Assembly: GCA_963716395.1 (NCBI GenBank)
Contig: OY970309.1
Coordinates: 3,520,001 to 3,584,000 of the forward strand
Reading direction: 5' to 3'
Source of the DNA: an uncultured Fibrobacteria bacterium
GTDB lineage: Bacteria; Fibrobacterota; Fibrobacteria; UBA11236
Length of the DNA stretch: 64,000 bases
Part shown: positions 1-10,430 of the stretch, in pieces
Position numbering within the stretch: position 1 is the first letter of the stretch
Layout of the letters: each line of letters begins with the position of its first letter
The notes under the pieces: generated by a model
What the model saw: only the letters and a program-made list of their open reading frames with translations
Databases searched by the model: none
What the model was told of the DNA's origin: nothing
Translations under genes and position numbers: made by a program

Positions 1-893
1 TGAAGGCCGTGCTATTTGAAACCGAGCTGGATCAGCGCCGCATCCTGATTCTGGTCGTGCTGCGGGGCGAGCTTGAAGCCGGGGAGATCAAAATCCGGAA
101 TTACCTGCGCGCGCCCTGGCTCTTGCCCGCGTCCGAAGACTTCCTCCGCACTTTCGGGTTGGTGCCCGGCTACGCCTCGCCGGTGGGCCTGGCGGCCCGC
201 CAGGATCTGCGCGTGCTGTGCGATCTTTCCATCAGCGAAGGCAATAATTTCGTGGCCGGCGCCAACGAAGAAGGGTATCACCTGCGTCACGTCAATTTCC
301 GGCGCGACTTCCACACCCCGCATTGCGGCGACTTCGCCAAAGCCCTGTCGGGGCACAAAGGCCCGGATGGCCGAACCGAATTGCACGCCGTGCGCGGCAT
401 CGAAATCGGCAACATCTTCAAGATCGGCTCCAAGTACACGGCCGCCATGAGTTGCTCCTATCTCGACGAAGCCGGCAAGCAGCAAACGCCCCTCATGGGT
501 TGCTACGGCATCGGCGTCGGCCGCCTCATGGCTTCGGTGGTGGAGAACTCCCACGATGATTACGGCCCCATCTGGCCCGAAAGCATCACCCCCTTTCACG
601 CCCAGGTAGTGGCCATCGGCAAAGAGCCCGAGGTGCTGGCCGCCTGCCGCGGCATCTTGGACGAATGCGAAGCGGCCGGGTTGGAAATGCTATTCGACGA
701 CCGCGATGAGCGTCCGGGCGTCAAGTTCAAGGATGCCGACTTGTGGGGCATTCCCGTACGCATGGCCGTGAGCCGGAAAACCCTGGCCGACGGTTGCGTC
801 GAATGGAAACTGCGCCGCGAAAAAGAGTTTGAACTGGTTCCGCTCAGTTCGGTTTTAGGCCGTCTTAAAACCCATTACGGAAAACCGCATTGA
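1..893 (+). CDS. proS: Proline--tRNA ligase, C-terminal part (gene begins before the window)
   Basis: End of the editing/insertion domain (GANEEGYHL), GIEIGNIFKIG, motif 3 MGCYGIGVGR, anticodon domain DDRDERPGVKFKDADLWGIP; frame is open to the window edge. Confidence 0.95.
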   Translation, partial: KAVLFETELDQRRILILVVLRGELEAGEIKIRNYLRAPWLLPASEDFLRTFGLVPGYASPVGLAARQDLRVLCDLSISEGNNFVAGANEEGYHLRHVNFRRDFHTPHCGDFAKALSGHKGPDGRTELHAVRGIEIGNIFKIGSKYTAAMSCSYLDEAGKQQTPLMGCYGIGVGRLMASVVENSHDDYGPIWPESITPFHAQVVAIGKEPEVLAACRGILDECEAAGLEMLFDDRDERPGVKFKDADLWGIPVRMAVSRKTLADGCVEWKLRREKEFELVPLSSVLGRLKTHYGKPH

Positions 894-929
894 AGTGGGA
901 GCGGATTTACCCGTCCGTCACGCCGAAAT

Positions 930-1274
930 CTAAAGCTGTTCCTTGTGGCCTTGATAAATTTCCCGGCCCACGATTTTGTCGATCTCTTCGCGGACCTGGA
1001 ATGTGAAAGCCTCGGAACCATCGGTCAATTCCCCCATGGCCTGGCGCCAGGCGGATTGACCCGGACCCAAGGTATTCAAGGCGCTGCGCACACGGGTCAA
1101 GGTCGAGATCTGTTCGCGCGGCGGGAATTGCCGCAGCATGGATTTGCGGTAACGTCGAATTTCCCGGTGCCAATCGCGATTCGTCCAGAGAACATCGCGG
1201 ACCTGAAAATAGGTCAGCGCCAACAAAACCATGGTGGCCAGGATAAGTATCAATGCTCCGGATGATAACCACAT
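930..1274 (-). CDS. Small hypothetical protein with one N-terminal TM helix
   Basis: ORF 930..1298; start moved to ATG 1274 because AAGGAG precedes it and TAAAAT overlaps the upstream ATG; hydrophobic ALILILATMVLLALTYF. Confidence 0.6.
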   Translation of the reverse strand: MWLSSGALILILATMVLLALTYFQVRDVLWTNRDWHREIRRYRKSMLRQFPPREQISTLTRVRSALNTLGPGQSAWRQAMGELTDGSEAFTFQVREEIDKIVGREIYQGHKEQL

Positions 1275-1446
1275 GGGTGTTTGCTCCTTCGCTTTCATTT
1301 TACACCCAGGCGGAAACGCGTGCCATAACCAAGTTGGGCAGCGTCACCTCCGGGCGGGCGGACTTCCAGGCCGGCTTTTTTCTAACTTGAGTTGCTTCCG
1401 GAATTTGCTTGTTTAAGACGAAAACCGAGGGTTTAGACAGCTTTTC

Positions 1447-4400
1447 ATGTCCAACGCCAAGCCGCGCATTCAGCCCTTCCGCAAAATCCTGGTAGCCAAC
1501 CGGGGCGAAATCGCCATCCGGGTTTTTCGGGCCGCCACCGAGTTGGGCATCGACACCGTCGCGATTTATTCCCAGGAAGACCGCCTCAGCCTGCATCGCT
1601 ACAAAGCCGATGAGGCGTATCTGGTGGGGGCGGGCAAAAGCCCGGTGGCGGCCTATTTGGCCATCGAGGAGATCATCGAATTGGCCCGGGACAAAGGGGT
1701 CGACGCCATTCACCCCGGTTACGGCTTTCTATCGGAGAATCCGGAATTCGCCCGGGCTTGTGAACGCGCCGGCATCGTGTTCATCGGCCCCTCGTCGACC
1801 GTGCTCGAATCCATGGGCGACAAGGTGGCGGCCCGGGCCATCGCCGAGCAGGCCGGCGTACCCGTTATTCCGGGCACGCGCGACCCGGTCGAAACCGACC
1901 AGGATGCTCTGCTCTTCGCCAAGGAATACGGCTATCCGCTGATCATCAAAGCGGCCATGGGCGGCGGCGGACGCGGCATGACCATCGTCCGCAATCGCCA
2001 GGAACTCGTCGCCGCCATTGCGCGTTCGCGTGCCGAAGCCGAAGCCGCCTTCGGCAACCCCAAGGTGTTCATCGAGCGTTATCTCGAAGGCCCGCGGCAT
2101 ATCGAAGTGCAGATTCTGGCCGACCGTTACGGCAATCGCGTGCATCTCTTCGAGCGCGATTGCTCCATCCAGCGGCGCCACCAGAAGGTGGTCGAACTGG
2201 CCCCTGCCCGGAATCTGGCGACGGAACAGCGCGAAGCCTTGTATCGCGATGCCCTGGCCATCGCCCGGCAGGTCGATTACGTCAACGCCGGCACGGTGGA
2301 ATTCCTGGTGGGTCCGGACGGCCAGCATTACTTCATCGAGGTGAATCCCCGCATTCAGGTCGAACACACCGTCACCGAAGTGATTACCGGCCGCGATCTG
2401 GTGCAATGCCAAATCCGCGTGGCCGAAGGCTATCCGCTCGATCACGACGCCATTCGCATCAGCGGCCAAAACAAAATCAAGAAGAGCGGCTTTTGCATCC
2501 AATTGCGGCTGACCGCCGAAGATCCCGCGAATAATTTTTCGCCCGACTACGGCAAAATCACCGCCTTTCGCGCAGGGGAAGGCGGCGGCATCCGTCTCGA
2601 CGCCGGCAACGGATTTGACGGCGCCATCATTTCGCCGCATTACGATTCGCTGCTCATCAAGGTATGCGCCTGGTCGCTCGACTTTGATCTGGCCGCCAAA
2701 AAAGCCCTACGCGCCATCCGCGAATTCCGCATCCGCGGGGTCAAAACCAATATCCCGTTCTTGGAAAACGTGTTGAGCCATCCGATCTTTCTGGCGGGAA
2801 AATGCGATACCGGCTTCATCGAAAACCATCCCGAGTTGTTCGACTTCAAGCCCCGTCTCGATCGCGCCAACAAACTGCTGGCCTATCTTTCGAGCCTGGC
2901 CGTCAACGGCTTCCCCGAAATTCCCAAAGGTTTCAAGCCGGTGCGCGGCTCGCCGCCCCGGCTGCCCGACTGCCCCAAGACGCCGCCTTTGCCGTCGCCG
3001 GCTTTCGCGGCCTTCCAGAGCCGGGGCGCCGAAGGCTTGGCGCAATGGGTGCGCGAGCAGAACGCCGTGCTCTTCACCGACACCACCTTTCGCGACGCCC
3101 ATCAAAGCCTGTTGGCCACGCGCATGCGCAGCTATGACCTGTTCCGCATCGCGCACGCCACCGGACATCTGGCCCGAAACCTGTTCTCCCTGGAAATGTG
3201 GGGCGGCGCCACCTTCGACACGGCCCTGCGCTTTTTGCATGAGGATCCGTGGGAGCGCTTGCGCCGCCTGCGACGGCTCATGCCCGGCTCCTTGCTGCAA
3301 ATGCTGCTGCGTTCGGGCAATGCCGTGGGCTATACGAATTATCCCGACAATGTGGTCCACCGCTTCATCGAGGCTTCGGCCAAAAACGGCATCGACCTCT
3401 TTCGCATTTTCGACTGCCTGAACTGGGTCGAAGGCCTCAAGCCCTGCATCGACGCCGTGCGCCAAACCGGCAAGATCGCCGAAGCCGCGATTTGCTATTC
3501 GGGCGACATCACCGACGGCAAGCGGGTCAAATACTCGCTGGCCTATTATGTGAAGCTCGCCAAGGAATTGGAGCGCGCGGGCACCCATCTTCTCGGCATC
3601 AAAGACATGGCCGGTTTGCTCAAACCCGACGCGGCCCGCATTTTGATTACCGAACTCAAGAACGCGGTGTCGGTGCCCATTCACCTGCACACCCATGACA
3701 CCTCGGGAAACCAGGTCGCGGCCTTGCTCGAAGCCACGAGGGCGGGGGTCGATATCGTCGACGCGGCCTTGAGCTCGATGTCGGGCACGACCTCGCAACC
3801 TTCGCTCAACGCTCTGATCTGCGACCTGAAAGGCGGGCCGCGCGATCCCGGTCTGGACGAAGTCGAATTGCAACGCCTGGCCGACTATTGGGAAATGGCG
3901 CGCGAACCCTACGCGCCCTTCGAATGCGGTCTCAAGGCCGGCACCGCCGACGTGTACCGCCACGAAATGCCGGGGGGACAATATTCGAATTTCCGGGCCC
4001 AGGCCACGGCGCTGGGTTTGGGGTCGCGTTGGGAAGACGTCAAAGACGCCTACCGTCAGGTGAATGAAATCTGCGGCGACATCATCAAGGTCACCCCCTC
4101 TTCCAAAGCCGTGGGCGACATGGCCTTGTTCATGGTGCAAAACAACCTGAAGGCCGACGACGTGACGGCCCGGGGGCCGGAACTGGCCTTTCCCGACTCC
4201 TTCGTGCAGATGATGAAGGGCATGATGGGCCAGCCTCCCGGCGGATGGCCGGTGGAATTGCAGCGCGCCGTACTCAAAGGCGAAGAGCCCATCACCTGCC
4301 GCCCGGGAGAATTGTTGGAAGAATTCGACTTCGACGCCGCGCGCACCTTGCTCAAGACCCGCTACGGCCGCGAGTTCAGCGAAGAGGAATTACTCAGTTA

Positions 4401-4914
4401 TGCCCTGTACCCCAAGGTGTTCCAGGACTACTGCGAGTTCGTGAACGCCTATAGCGATGTGTCGGTGCTGGACACCTCGACCTTCTTTTACGGATTGGAA
4501 TCGGGGCAGGAAACCAGCATCACCATCGAAGAAGGCAAAACCCTCATCCTCACCTTGCTGACCGTGGGTGATTTGCAGCCCGACGGCACGCGCATCATAT
4601 TTTTCGAAGTCAACGGCCGCCGGCGCACGGCCATGGTGCATGACCTGGCGTCGGGCGTTAAGGCCGTGGCGCGCGAGAAGGCCGATGCGGCCAACTCCGA
4701 TCACATCGGCGCGCCCATGGCCGGCAAGGTGGTGGAATTGGCCGTGGGGGCCGGCGATGCGGTCGAGGCCGGACAAAAACTGATCGTCACCGAAGCCATG
4801 AAAATGCTGAACGTGATCAAGGCCCCGCGTGCCGGCATCGTGGCGCGCGTGCTGGTGCAGAAAAACGATCCGCTGCAGGCCGGTGATTTGATTTGCGAAC
4901 TGGTGCCGGTGTAA
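1447..4914 (+). CDS. pyc: Pyruvate carboxylase
   Basis: 1155 aa; biotin carboxylase domain (ANRGEIA, GGGGRG, ERDCSIQRRHQK), carboxyltransferase domain (RDAHQSLLATR, HLHTHDT), biotinyl domain EAMKM. Confidence 0.98.
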   Translation: MSNAKPRIQPFRKILVANRGEIAIRVFRAATELGIDTVAIYSQEDRLSLHRYKADEAYLVGAGKSPVAAYLAIEEIIELARDKGVDAIHPGYGFLSENPEFARACERAGIVFIGPSSTVLESMGDKVAARAIAEQAGVPVIPGTRDPVETDQDALLFAKEYGYPLIIKAAMGGGGRGMTIVRNRQELVAAIARSRAEAEAAFGNPKVFIERYLEGPRHIEVQILADRYGNRVHLFERDCSIQRRHQKVVELAPARNLATEQREALYRDALAIARQVDYVNAGTVEFLVGPDGQHYFIEVNPRIQVEHTVTEVITGRDLVQCQIRVAEGYPLDHDAIRISGQNKIKKSGFCIQLRLTAEDPANNFSPDYGKITAFRAGEGGGIRLDAGNGFDGAIISPHYDSLLIKVCAWSLDFDLAAKKALRAIREFRIRGVKTNIPFLENVLSHPIFLAGKCDTGFIENHPELFDFKPRLDRANKLLAYLSSLAVNGFPEIPKGFKPVRGSPPRLPDCPKTPPLPSPAFAAFQSRGAEGLAQWVREQNAVLFTDTTFRDAHQSLLATRMRSYDLFRIAHATGHLARNLFSLEMWGGATFDTALRFLHEDPWERLRRLRRLMPGSLLQMLLRSGNAVGYTNYPDNVVHRFIEASAKNGIDLFRIFDCLNWVEGLKPCIDAVRQTGKIAEAAICYSGDITDGKRVKYSLAYYVKLAKELERAGTHLLGIKDMAGLLKPDAARILITELKNAVSVPIHLHTHDTSGNQVAALLEATRAGVDIVDAALSSMSGTTSQPSLNALICDLKGGPRDPGLDEVELQRLADYWEMAREPYAPFECGLKAGTADVYRHEMPGGQYSNFRAQATALGLGSRWEDVKDAYRQVNEICGDIIKVTPSSKAVGDMALFMVQNNLKADDVTARGPELAFPDSFVQMMKGMMGQPPGGWPVELQRAVLKGEEPITCRPGELLEEFDFDAARTLLKTRYGREFSEEELLSYALYPKVFQDYCEFVNAYSDVSVLDTSTFFYGLESGQETSITIEEGKTLILTLLTVGDLQPDGTRIIFFEVNGRRRTAMVHDLASGVKAVAREKADAANSDHIGAPMAGKVVELAVGAGDAVEAGQKLIVTEAMKMLNVIKAPRAGIVARVLVQKNDPLQAGDLICELVPV

Positions 4915-4947
4915 CGGTTCGGTTTTCTTGAACCGGCCCCGGACGAC

Positions 4948-7104
4948 TTATCGCTTGTGTTCCAACGCGATCAGATCGTTCATGATTTCCAACGATTCGC
5001 GCAGGTAAAAATCGCTGTCGAGCTGCTCTTTCCAGACCTTGGTTTTTTCCCGGGTCGTCGAATCCTCGGCATAGGCAACGTCGCGCGACGGCAGCGGGTC
5101 GACGCTGAAGTCGGTGACCTGCCGGGTCAAGGCTTCGAGATCGTCCGATTCCTTGCGGTTGCGATCGCGCTCGGCGATGAATTTATCCATGCCGAGCGGA
5201 ATGTATTTGTCGTTGCGGAAGGCCTTTTGATGCTGCAGAAATTCATCCACATGCTTGAAATAGTCGCTCGCGGCAATGCGGGCGCGGCTGCGCGCTTCCA
5301 ACTGCCGTAAGGGCAAGTCGGCCCAGCGGTGGTAATTCAAGGCGCGAATGGTATCCCAGGGCATGGCATGCTCCAGGCTTTTCTCGCCCACGTCCAGATC
5401 GGTGTAGGCGTCGGGAATGAGAATGTCGGGAACCACACCGCGGAATTGGGTCGACCCGCCGGTGATACGGTAGAACTTCTGCACCGTCAGCTTTACGGTG
5501 CCCAACGGCTTGAGATCGGCTTCGGCCGGTGTGGCAAAATTGTCGAGGTCGATCAAAGTTTGCACGGTGCCTTTGCCGAAGGTCGTATCGGAACCCACGA
5601 TCACGGCGCGGCCGTAATCCTGCATGGCGGCCGCCAGAATTTCCGAGGCCGAAGCGCTGAAGGTGTTGACCAGCAGAATCAGGGGGCCGGCATATTCCAC
5701 CGAAGGATCGGTGTCTTCCAGCACGCTGCCGGAGCCGCGCCGATCGCGCACCTGCACCACCGGACCACCGGGCAGAAACAGCCCGGCCATGCGCACCGCG
5801 TCTTCCAGGGCTCCCCCGCCGTTGTTGCGCAAATCCAGGATGATGCCGGCCACGCCGCGGGCCTTGAGCCGCGCGACTTCTTTCTTCACGTCTTCGGCGG
5901 AACTGCGTCCGTCGGGATTGGAGAAATCGCGGTAGAAGGACGGGAGCGAGATGTAGCCGAATTTTCGCTTGGAATTCCGCGGATGGATCACGGCCGACTT
6001 GGCGTAGGTCTCTTCGACCACCACCACGTCACGGATGATGGGAATCACCTTGACGTGGCCGTTGGGATCCTCCACGGTCAACCGCACCTCAGTGCCTTTC
6101 TCTCCGCGGATGAGCTTCACCGCCTCCTCCACGCTGGCATTGACCAAATCCACCGGTTCCTGATTGCCCTGCGCTACCTTGAGGATTTTATCCTCGGCCT
6201 TGAGCTCCTTTTGGCGCCAGGCCGCACTGCCGGGAACAATGCTCACCACCTTGATATATCCGTCGTCTTCGCGCAGCACCGCGCCGATGCCTTCGAGTTT
6301 GCCGCTCATGGTGAGGTCGAATTCCTCGCGGGCCTCGGGCTTGAAGTACTCGGTATGCGGGTCGAGGGTGTTGGCCACGGCGTCGAGATACACGGCCACG
6401 CGATCGAGTTTTTCCTCGTGGATCATGCGCGTGAAGGTGCGGTCGAGATTGCGCTGCACATAGGCGACGGCCGAGTCGATTTGGGCGCTGTCGGGCATGG
6501 GCTGCCCGGCGGCGCTGCGCTTTTTTCCCGCGGCGCTGTCTTTGGTCGCTTTTTCTTCGCGCTGATCCTCGATGCGCATGAGGATTTGATATTTAAGCAG
6601 TCGCGCCCAGCGCTGCCGCAATTCCTCCGGGGTTTTACAATAGGGACTTTTCTCGGGCTCGGCCAACATGGAATCGTCGGCTGCGAGGCGAAAGCCCACC
6701 TTAAAAATGTCGTGGGTCAAGGCGCGTACGGCGGCCACCCGCCGGTTCAAAACCGCATTGGCGATCTCGCAGAAATCGTCGCTCCCGTTGGTGAGTTGTT
6801 CGCTCAGGGAATCGCGCCAATGCGCGAGGGAGTCGACGTTGGCTTGCAGCAAAAATCTTTTTTGCGCATCCAGCCGCTTGAGGTACAAGGTGAACACCTC
6901 GCGGGAAAAGTCGACGTTGAACGGCGGAGGCGCATAATGCCAGGTCTCGATGCTGCGCATCTCCATGCGCGTAATGAGAGATTCCTTGTCGATGCCGCTG
7001 GGCGCCGAAGCGGAACACAGCGCCACGGCTGCGGCCAGCACCCAACGCAGGGCGACGCTTCCTCTTCCGAACGGGCCGGAGCGCCGGGGTGATAATTCCA
7101 TCAT
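4948..7104 (-). CDS. prc: Carboxy-terminal processing protease (S41A, Prc/Tsp)
   Basis: LDPHTEY, PDZ region EGIGAVL, DLRNNGGG, catalytic SASASEI and FGKGTVQ; start set to MMELSPRR, followed by a signal-peptide-like segment. Confidence 0.93.
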   Translation of the reverse strand: MMELSPRRSGPFGRGSVALRWVLAAAVALCSASAPSGIDKESLITRMEMRSIETWHYAPPPFNVDFSREVFTLYLKRLDAQKRFLLQANVDSLAHWRDSLSEQLTNGSDDFCEIANAVLNRRVAAVRALTHDIFKVGFRLAADDSMLAEPEKSPYCKTPEELRQRWARLLKYQILMRIEDQREEKATKDSAAGKKRSAAGQPMPDSAQIDSAVAYVQRNLDRTFTRMIHEEKLDRVAVYLDAVANTLDPHTEYFKPEAREEFDLTMSGKLEGIGAVLREDDGYIKVVSIVPGSAAWRQKELKAEDKILKVAQGNQEPVDLVNASVEEAVKLIRGEKGTEVRLTVEDPNGHVKVIPIIRDVVVVEETYAKSAVIHPRNSKRKFGYISLPSFYRDFSNPDGRSSAEDVKKEVARLKARGVAGIILDLRNNGGGALEDAVRMAGLFLPGGPVVQVRDRRGSGSVLEDTDPSVEYAGPLILLVNTFSASASEILAAAMQDYGRAVIVGSDTTFGKGTVQTLIDLDNFATPAEADLKPLGTVKLTVQKFYRITGGSTQFRGVVPDILIPDAYTDLDVGEKSLEHAMPWDTIRALNYHRWADLPLRQLEARSRARIAASDYFKHVDEFLQHQKAFRNDKYIPLGMDKFIAERDRNRKESDDLEALTRQVTDFSVDPLPSRDVAYAEDSTTREKTKVWKEQLDSDFYLRESLEIMNDLIALEHKR

Positions 7105-7112
7105 TCCCCGGC

Positions 7113-7775
7113 TCAAAAAGAAAGGTTGATGGCGTCGAAGCGCATGCCCAGGCCCTGGGGCATGGGAACCACGGCCAGTCGCGGAGGCAACAATACCGCG
7201 CCGGTTTCCGTGGCCTTGACCCGCTTCTTGTCGTTGAACCAACGCGCGATTTGGTATCCGGTGACGGCGCCCAGCGGAGGCACCAGGACCAGGGGCACGA
7301 GGGGAAGCCATTCGCGTTGCTGCTGCACGCCGGCCCAATCGGCGAGGGCAAAGGCGGCGGCCGTAGTGGCGACGTTGCCGACGAGCGTCCAGAAGATGCT
7401 GCCCTGCTCTTCATCGGCGTCTCCCATGAAAAACACCGTCAGCGTGGTCCCGAGCAGCATCCCCGATCCACCGCCCCAAAACGGTCCCCGCCAGTTGCGA
7501 TAGCGGATGCCGGTGAAACTGAGATACCCTTCATGGGCGCGCGAACTGAAGAGGCCGCCTTCGAAAGCGTTGCCGATATAGAAGCCGAGCGCTCCAGTCA
7601 CCATGTTCCCGATCAGGCCGAAGCCGTATTGTTTTTCCAGCAGGGGGTGATCATAAAAAACCGGGTTTACCTTGGCGTTCCAGGTCAGATCGGGGCCGAC
7701 CGGATCAAATTGGGTTCCCTCCCACCCGAAGGCGGAAGCCGCAAACAAAATCAAACCCAATGCTGCAATGCGCAC
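7113..7775 (-). CDS. Hypothetical exported/membrane protein
   Basis: GTG 7775 with GGAAAGG upstream; signal peptide VRIAALGLILFAASAFG, Gly-rich hydrophobic segments, C-terminal Phe; ends 8 bp before prc. Confidence 0.7.
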   Translation of the reverse strand: MRIAALGLILFAASAFGWEGTQFDPVGPDLTWNAKVNPVFYDHPLLEKQYGFGLIGNMVTGALGFYIGNAFEGGLFSSRAHEGYLSFTGIRYRNWRGPFWGGGSGMLLGTTLTVFFMGDADEEQGSIFWTLVGNVATTAAAFALADWAGVQQQREWLPLVPLVLVPPLGAVTGYQIARWFNDKKRVKATETGAVLLPPRLAVVPMPQGLGMRFDAINLSF

Positions 7776-7935
7776 GAATCCGCCTTTCCATCCCCTGCCG
7801 CGCCGAATCCGGAATGCGGTTTCGCGTTGAGGCCAACGAGATTCAACGAGGGCCATAAGATAGCTACTTCCCCCCGGCCAGGTCACGGCGCGCGGGCAAT
7901 TCCGTTTCGAATTCCGTCGGTTACTTTTTCGCGCC

Positions 7936-9117
7936 ATGTCTTTGTACCCCGAAGCGCAACTGCGATCCGACCGGGTCAAAAACTTGCGGGCCGGACATCC
8001 CTGGATCTTCTCCGGCGCCTTGCTGGAGAAGCCGAAGGTTGCCGATGGGGAGCTGGTCAGTCTGCGCGCAGGCGCGGAAACTTTGGGCGTGGGTTATTAC
8101 AACTCGCGCACTGACATCGCGGTGCGCCGGCTCGCCGCGGTCGAAACCACCATCGATGAAAATTTTTTCACGCAGCGCTTCGCCCGCCTGCACCAGGGGC
8201 GCGCCGCCTGGCTGCCGCCGGATACCGATGCCTACCGCCTGGCTTTCGCCGAAGCCGATGGCTGTCCCGGGCTCGTCGTTGATTGTTACCACGACGTGGT
8301 GGTGGTGCAATTCCATACATTGGGAATGGATCGCCTGCGCGCGGCGGTGGTTCCGGCTTTGATCCGGACCTTGTCGCCCCGCGCCGTGGTGGAGCGCAGC
8401 GATCTTCCGGTACGGCGCCACGAAGGGTTGCCGGATCAACCTGTGCGCGTGCTGCACGGAAGTTGCGACGGCGAAGTCGAAATCCGGGAATACGGTTTTC
8501 GCTTTCGCGTCGACGTGCTGCGCGGGCAAAAAACCGGATTCTTTCTGGATCAGCGCGAGAACCGCCAGGCCCTGCGGCGTTGGTCGCGTGGCCGCACGGC
8601 GCTGAACGTCTTTTGTTACAGCGGCGGGTTTTCGGTGTATATGGCAGGCGAAGCGCGGCGGGTGGTGAGCCTCGACATTTCCACGCCGGCCCTGGAGCTA
8701 TGCCGGCGCAATTTGCAGCTCAACGGCTTTGCCGCCGATGCGTCCGACCTGCGCGTGCAAGACGCGTTCGCGGCCCTGTCGACGCTGCCGCCGGACGAAT
8801 TCGACTGCATCGTTCTCGACCCGCCGTCTTTCGCCAAAAGCCGCGCCCAGATCAAAAACGCCATCAAAGCCTACATCACCCTCAACACCAAGGCCCTGCA
8901 GGCTTTGCCCGCCGGCGGAATTCTGGCCACTTCTTCCTGCACGTCGCACCTGGATGCGCTGACCTTTCTCAAACTCTTGCATCAAAGCGCGGTGAACGCC
9001 GGTTGCGGGCTCAAGGTGCTGGATTTGCGCGAGCAGCCCTTCGACCACCCCTATCGGTTGGCCTTTCCCGAAGGCCGGTACTTAAAATTCGTGGTGGCGC
9101 AGAAATGCGATCTGTGA
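7936..9117 (+). CDS. rlmI: Class I SAM-dependent rRNA methyltransferase (RlmI family)
   Basis: PUA-type GHPWIFSG, GQKTGFFLDQRENR, FCYSGGFS, LDPPSFAK, FPEGRYLK. Confidence 0.88.
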   Translation: MSLYPEAQLRSDRVKNLRAGHPWIFSGALLEKPKVADGELVSLRAGAETLGVGYYNSRTDIAVRRLAAVETTIDENFFTQRFARLHQGRAAWLPPDTDAYRLAFAEADGCPGLVVDCYHDVVVVQFHTLGMDRLRAAVVPALIRTLSPRAVVERSDLPVRRHEGLPDQPVRVLHGSCDGEVEIREYGFRFRVDVLRGQKTGFFLDQRENRQALRRWSRGRTALNVFCYSGGFSVYMAGEARRVVSLDISTPALELCRRNLQLNGFAADASDLRVQDAFAALSTLPPDEFDCIVLDPPSFAKSRAQIKNAIKAYITLNTKALQALPAGGILATSSCTSHLDALTFLKLLHQSAVNAGCGLKVLDLREQPFDHPYRLAFPEGRYLKFVVAQKCDL

Positions 9118-9123
9118 TTTAGT

Positions 9124-9543
9124 TTACGACTTTATTTTTAATTCAAACTCCGGAAGGTGGGCGGCCTCGACATAGCGATCTTCCCGCACCTGGAAATACC
9201 GGGTTTCTTTTCCATTGGTCAAAAGCACCCATTCGGCCCGAACCCTTTCGGCATAGCGCCTGACCTGATCCGCGGCACGCGCACCCAAGGCGATCGCCGG
9301 GGCCTTGCATTCGGCCAGCAGCCAGGGCGACAGGCCGGAGCCTCCCGGCCTCCACACCACCACATCGGCGCGGCGGCGGAGGACGCGGGTGCCGGGAAGG
9401 GTAAACTCCACTGCGATGAGGCGCGGTGGCACGCGGCGCGAATCGATCAGCCAGCGCACCAAAGCCTGGCGCACCGCCTCTTCGGGTCTGGCGGCCACGG
9501 CCTTGCGGCGTACCGGATCGAAAAGTTTCCCGGGATCGGGCAT
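9124..9543 (-). CDS. Stand-alone type I restriction enzyme HsdR N-terminal (PD-D/ExK) domain protein
   Basis: FDPVRRK..PEEAVRQ, RADVVV, AECKAP, QVRRY, LTNG match the HSDR_N-type nuclease domain. Confidence 0.8.
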   Translation of the reverse strand: MPDPGKLFDPVRRKAVAARPEEAVRQALVRWLIDSRRVPPRLIAVEFTLPGTRVLRRRADVVVWRPGGSGLSPWLLAECKAPAIALGARAADQVRRYAERVRAEWVLLTNGKETRYFQVREDRYVEAAHLPEFELKIKS

Positions 9544-9623
9544 GGAGCAGCGCCGTGGTTTCCGCGGATCAAAGAGAATTCACCGATGTTGCGGGTCGTC
9601 TCCGGTCGCGATTTCGGGAGGCG

Positions 9624-10334
9624 TCAGAAATGCCACCCGAAGCGCCGCTCCGATTTTATCCACATCCAGGCGACGGGAAATAAGAGGAAGACGTCGCGCA
9701 GCAAGGCAAACCAGGTTTCGGCGGCATCGGCCGCGCCTTCGATGTCGAAGCAGCCGCAGGCGATTCCGAGGCCGCGGCCCAAGGCCTGGGACAAGGCGAT
9801 GACGAACATGCCCAGCAGCAACAGCACGGCGGCGGCGGCTTCGGTTTCAAAGGGTGTGAACAGCAAAGTTACCCCCGCGGTGATTTCGGCCGCGGGCAAC
9901 CAAAGCGAAAACGCATTCACGGCGAAAAGCGGCAGCAATTGGTATTGGGTCACGAGCAGGGCGAAATCCTTGGGAGCGGAAAACTTGGGACTGGCCGCCA
10001 CCAAAAACATGAGTCCCAATCCCAGGCGCAGCCACGATTTCACCACGTTTTGTCCGGGTTTGTGGCGCCGCCGGGCGGCGACCAGGGCCACCATCAGCAA
10101 AAGCACGGCTGCGGCCGTCCCCATCCCATGTTCGCGCAAGAGATTCCAAGCGAACTTGAGGCCACCTCCCGCCCCTTGGGCAAAGGTGAGTGCGGGCCAG
10201 CCTTCGGGTTTGGGCAGTACTTCGCCGCTGCCGATCCACGGCACGCGGTGCGGATTGAAGAGGTTGTTGCCCGCGGCCAGCAAGGCGCTGAACCCGAGCA
10301 TCGAAGCGAGAACCGAAGCGCGCATCCTAGGCAT
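9624..10334 (-). CDS. MauE/DoxX-family membrane protein with N-terminal extension
   Basis: RLGLGLMFLVAASPK, LPAAEITAG, RGLGIACGCF and LLRD motifs. Confidence 0.8.
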   Translation of the reverse strand: MPRMRASVLASMLGFSALLAAGNNLFNPHRVPWIGSGEVLPKPEGWPALTFAQGAGGGLKFAWNLLREHGMGTAAAVLLLMVALVAARRRHKPGQNVVKSWLRLGLGLMFLVAASPKFSAPKDFALLVTQYQLLPLFAVNAFSLWLPAAEITAGVTLLFTPFETEAAAAVLLLLGMFVIALSQALGRGLGIACGCFDIEGAADAAETWFALLRDVFLLFPVAWMWIKSERRFGWHF

Positions 10335-10430
10335 ACGGCAAAAAAAGATACAAGGCTTTGGGAAAGCATCGAGAAAAACTTTCCCCAGTGACGGAACCCG
10401 GCGAAAAGCCGGGCCATGCAGTCGAGATAG

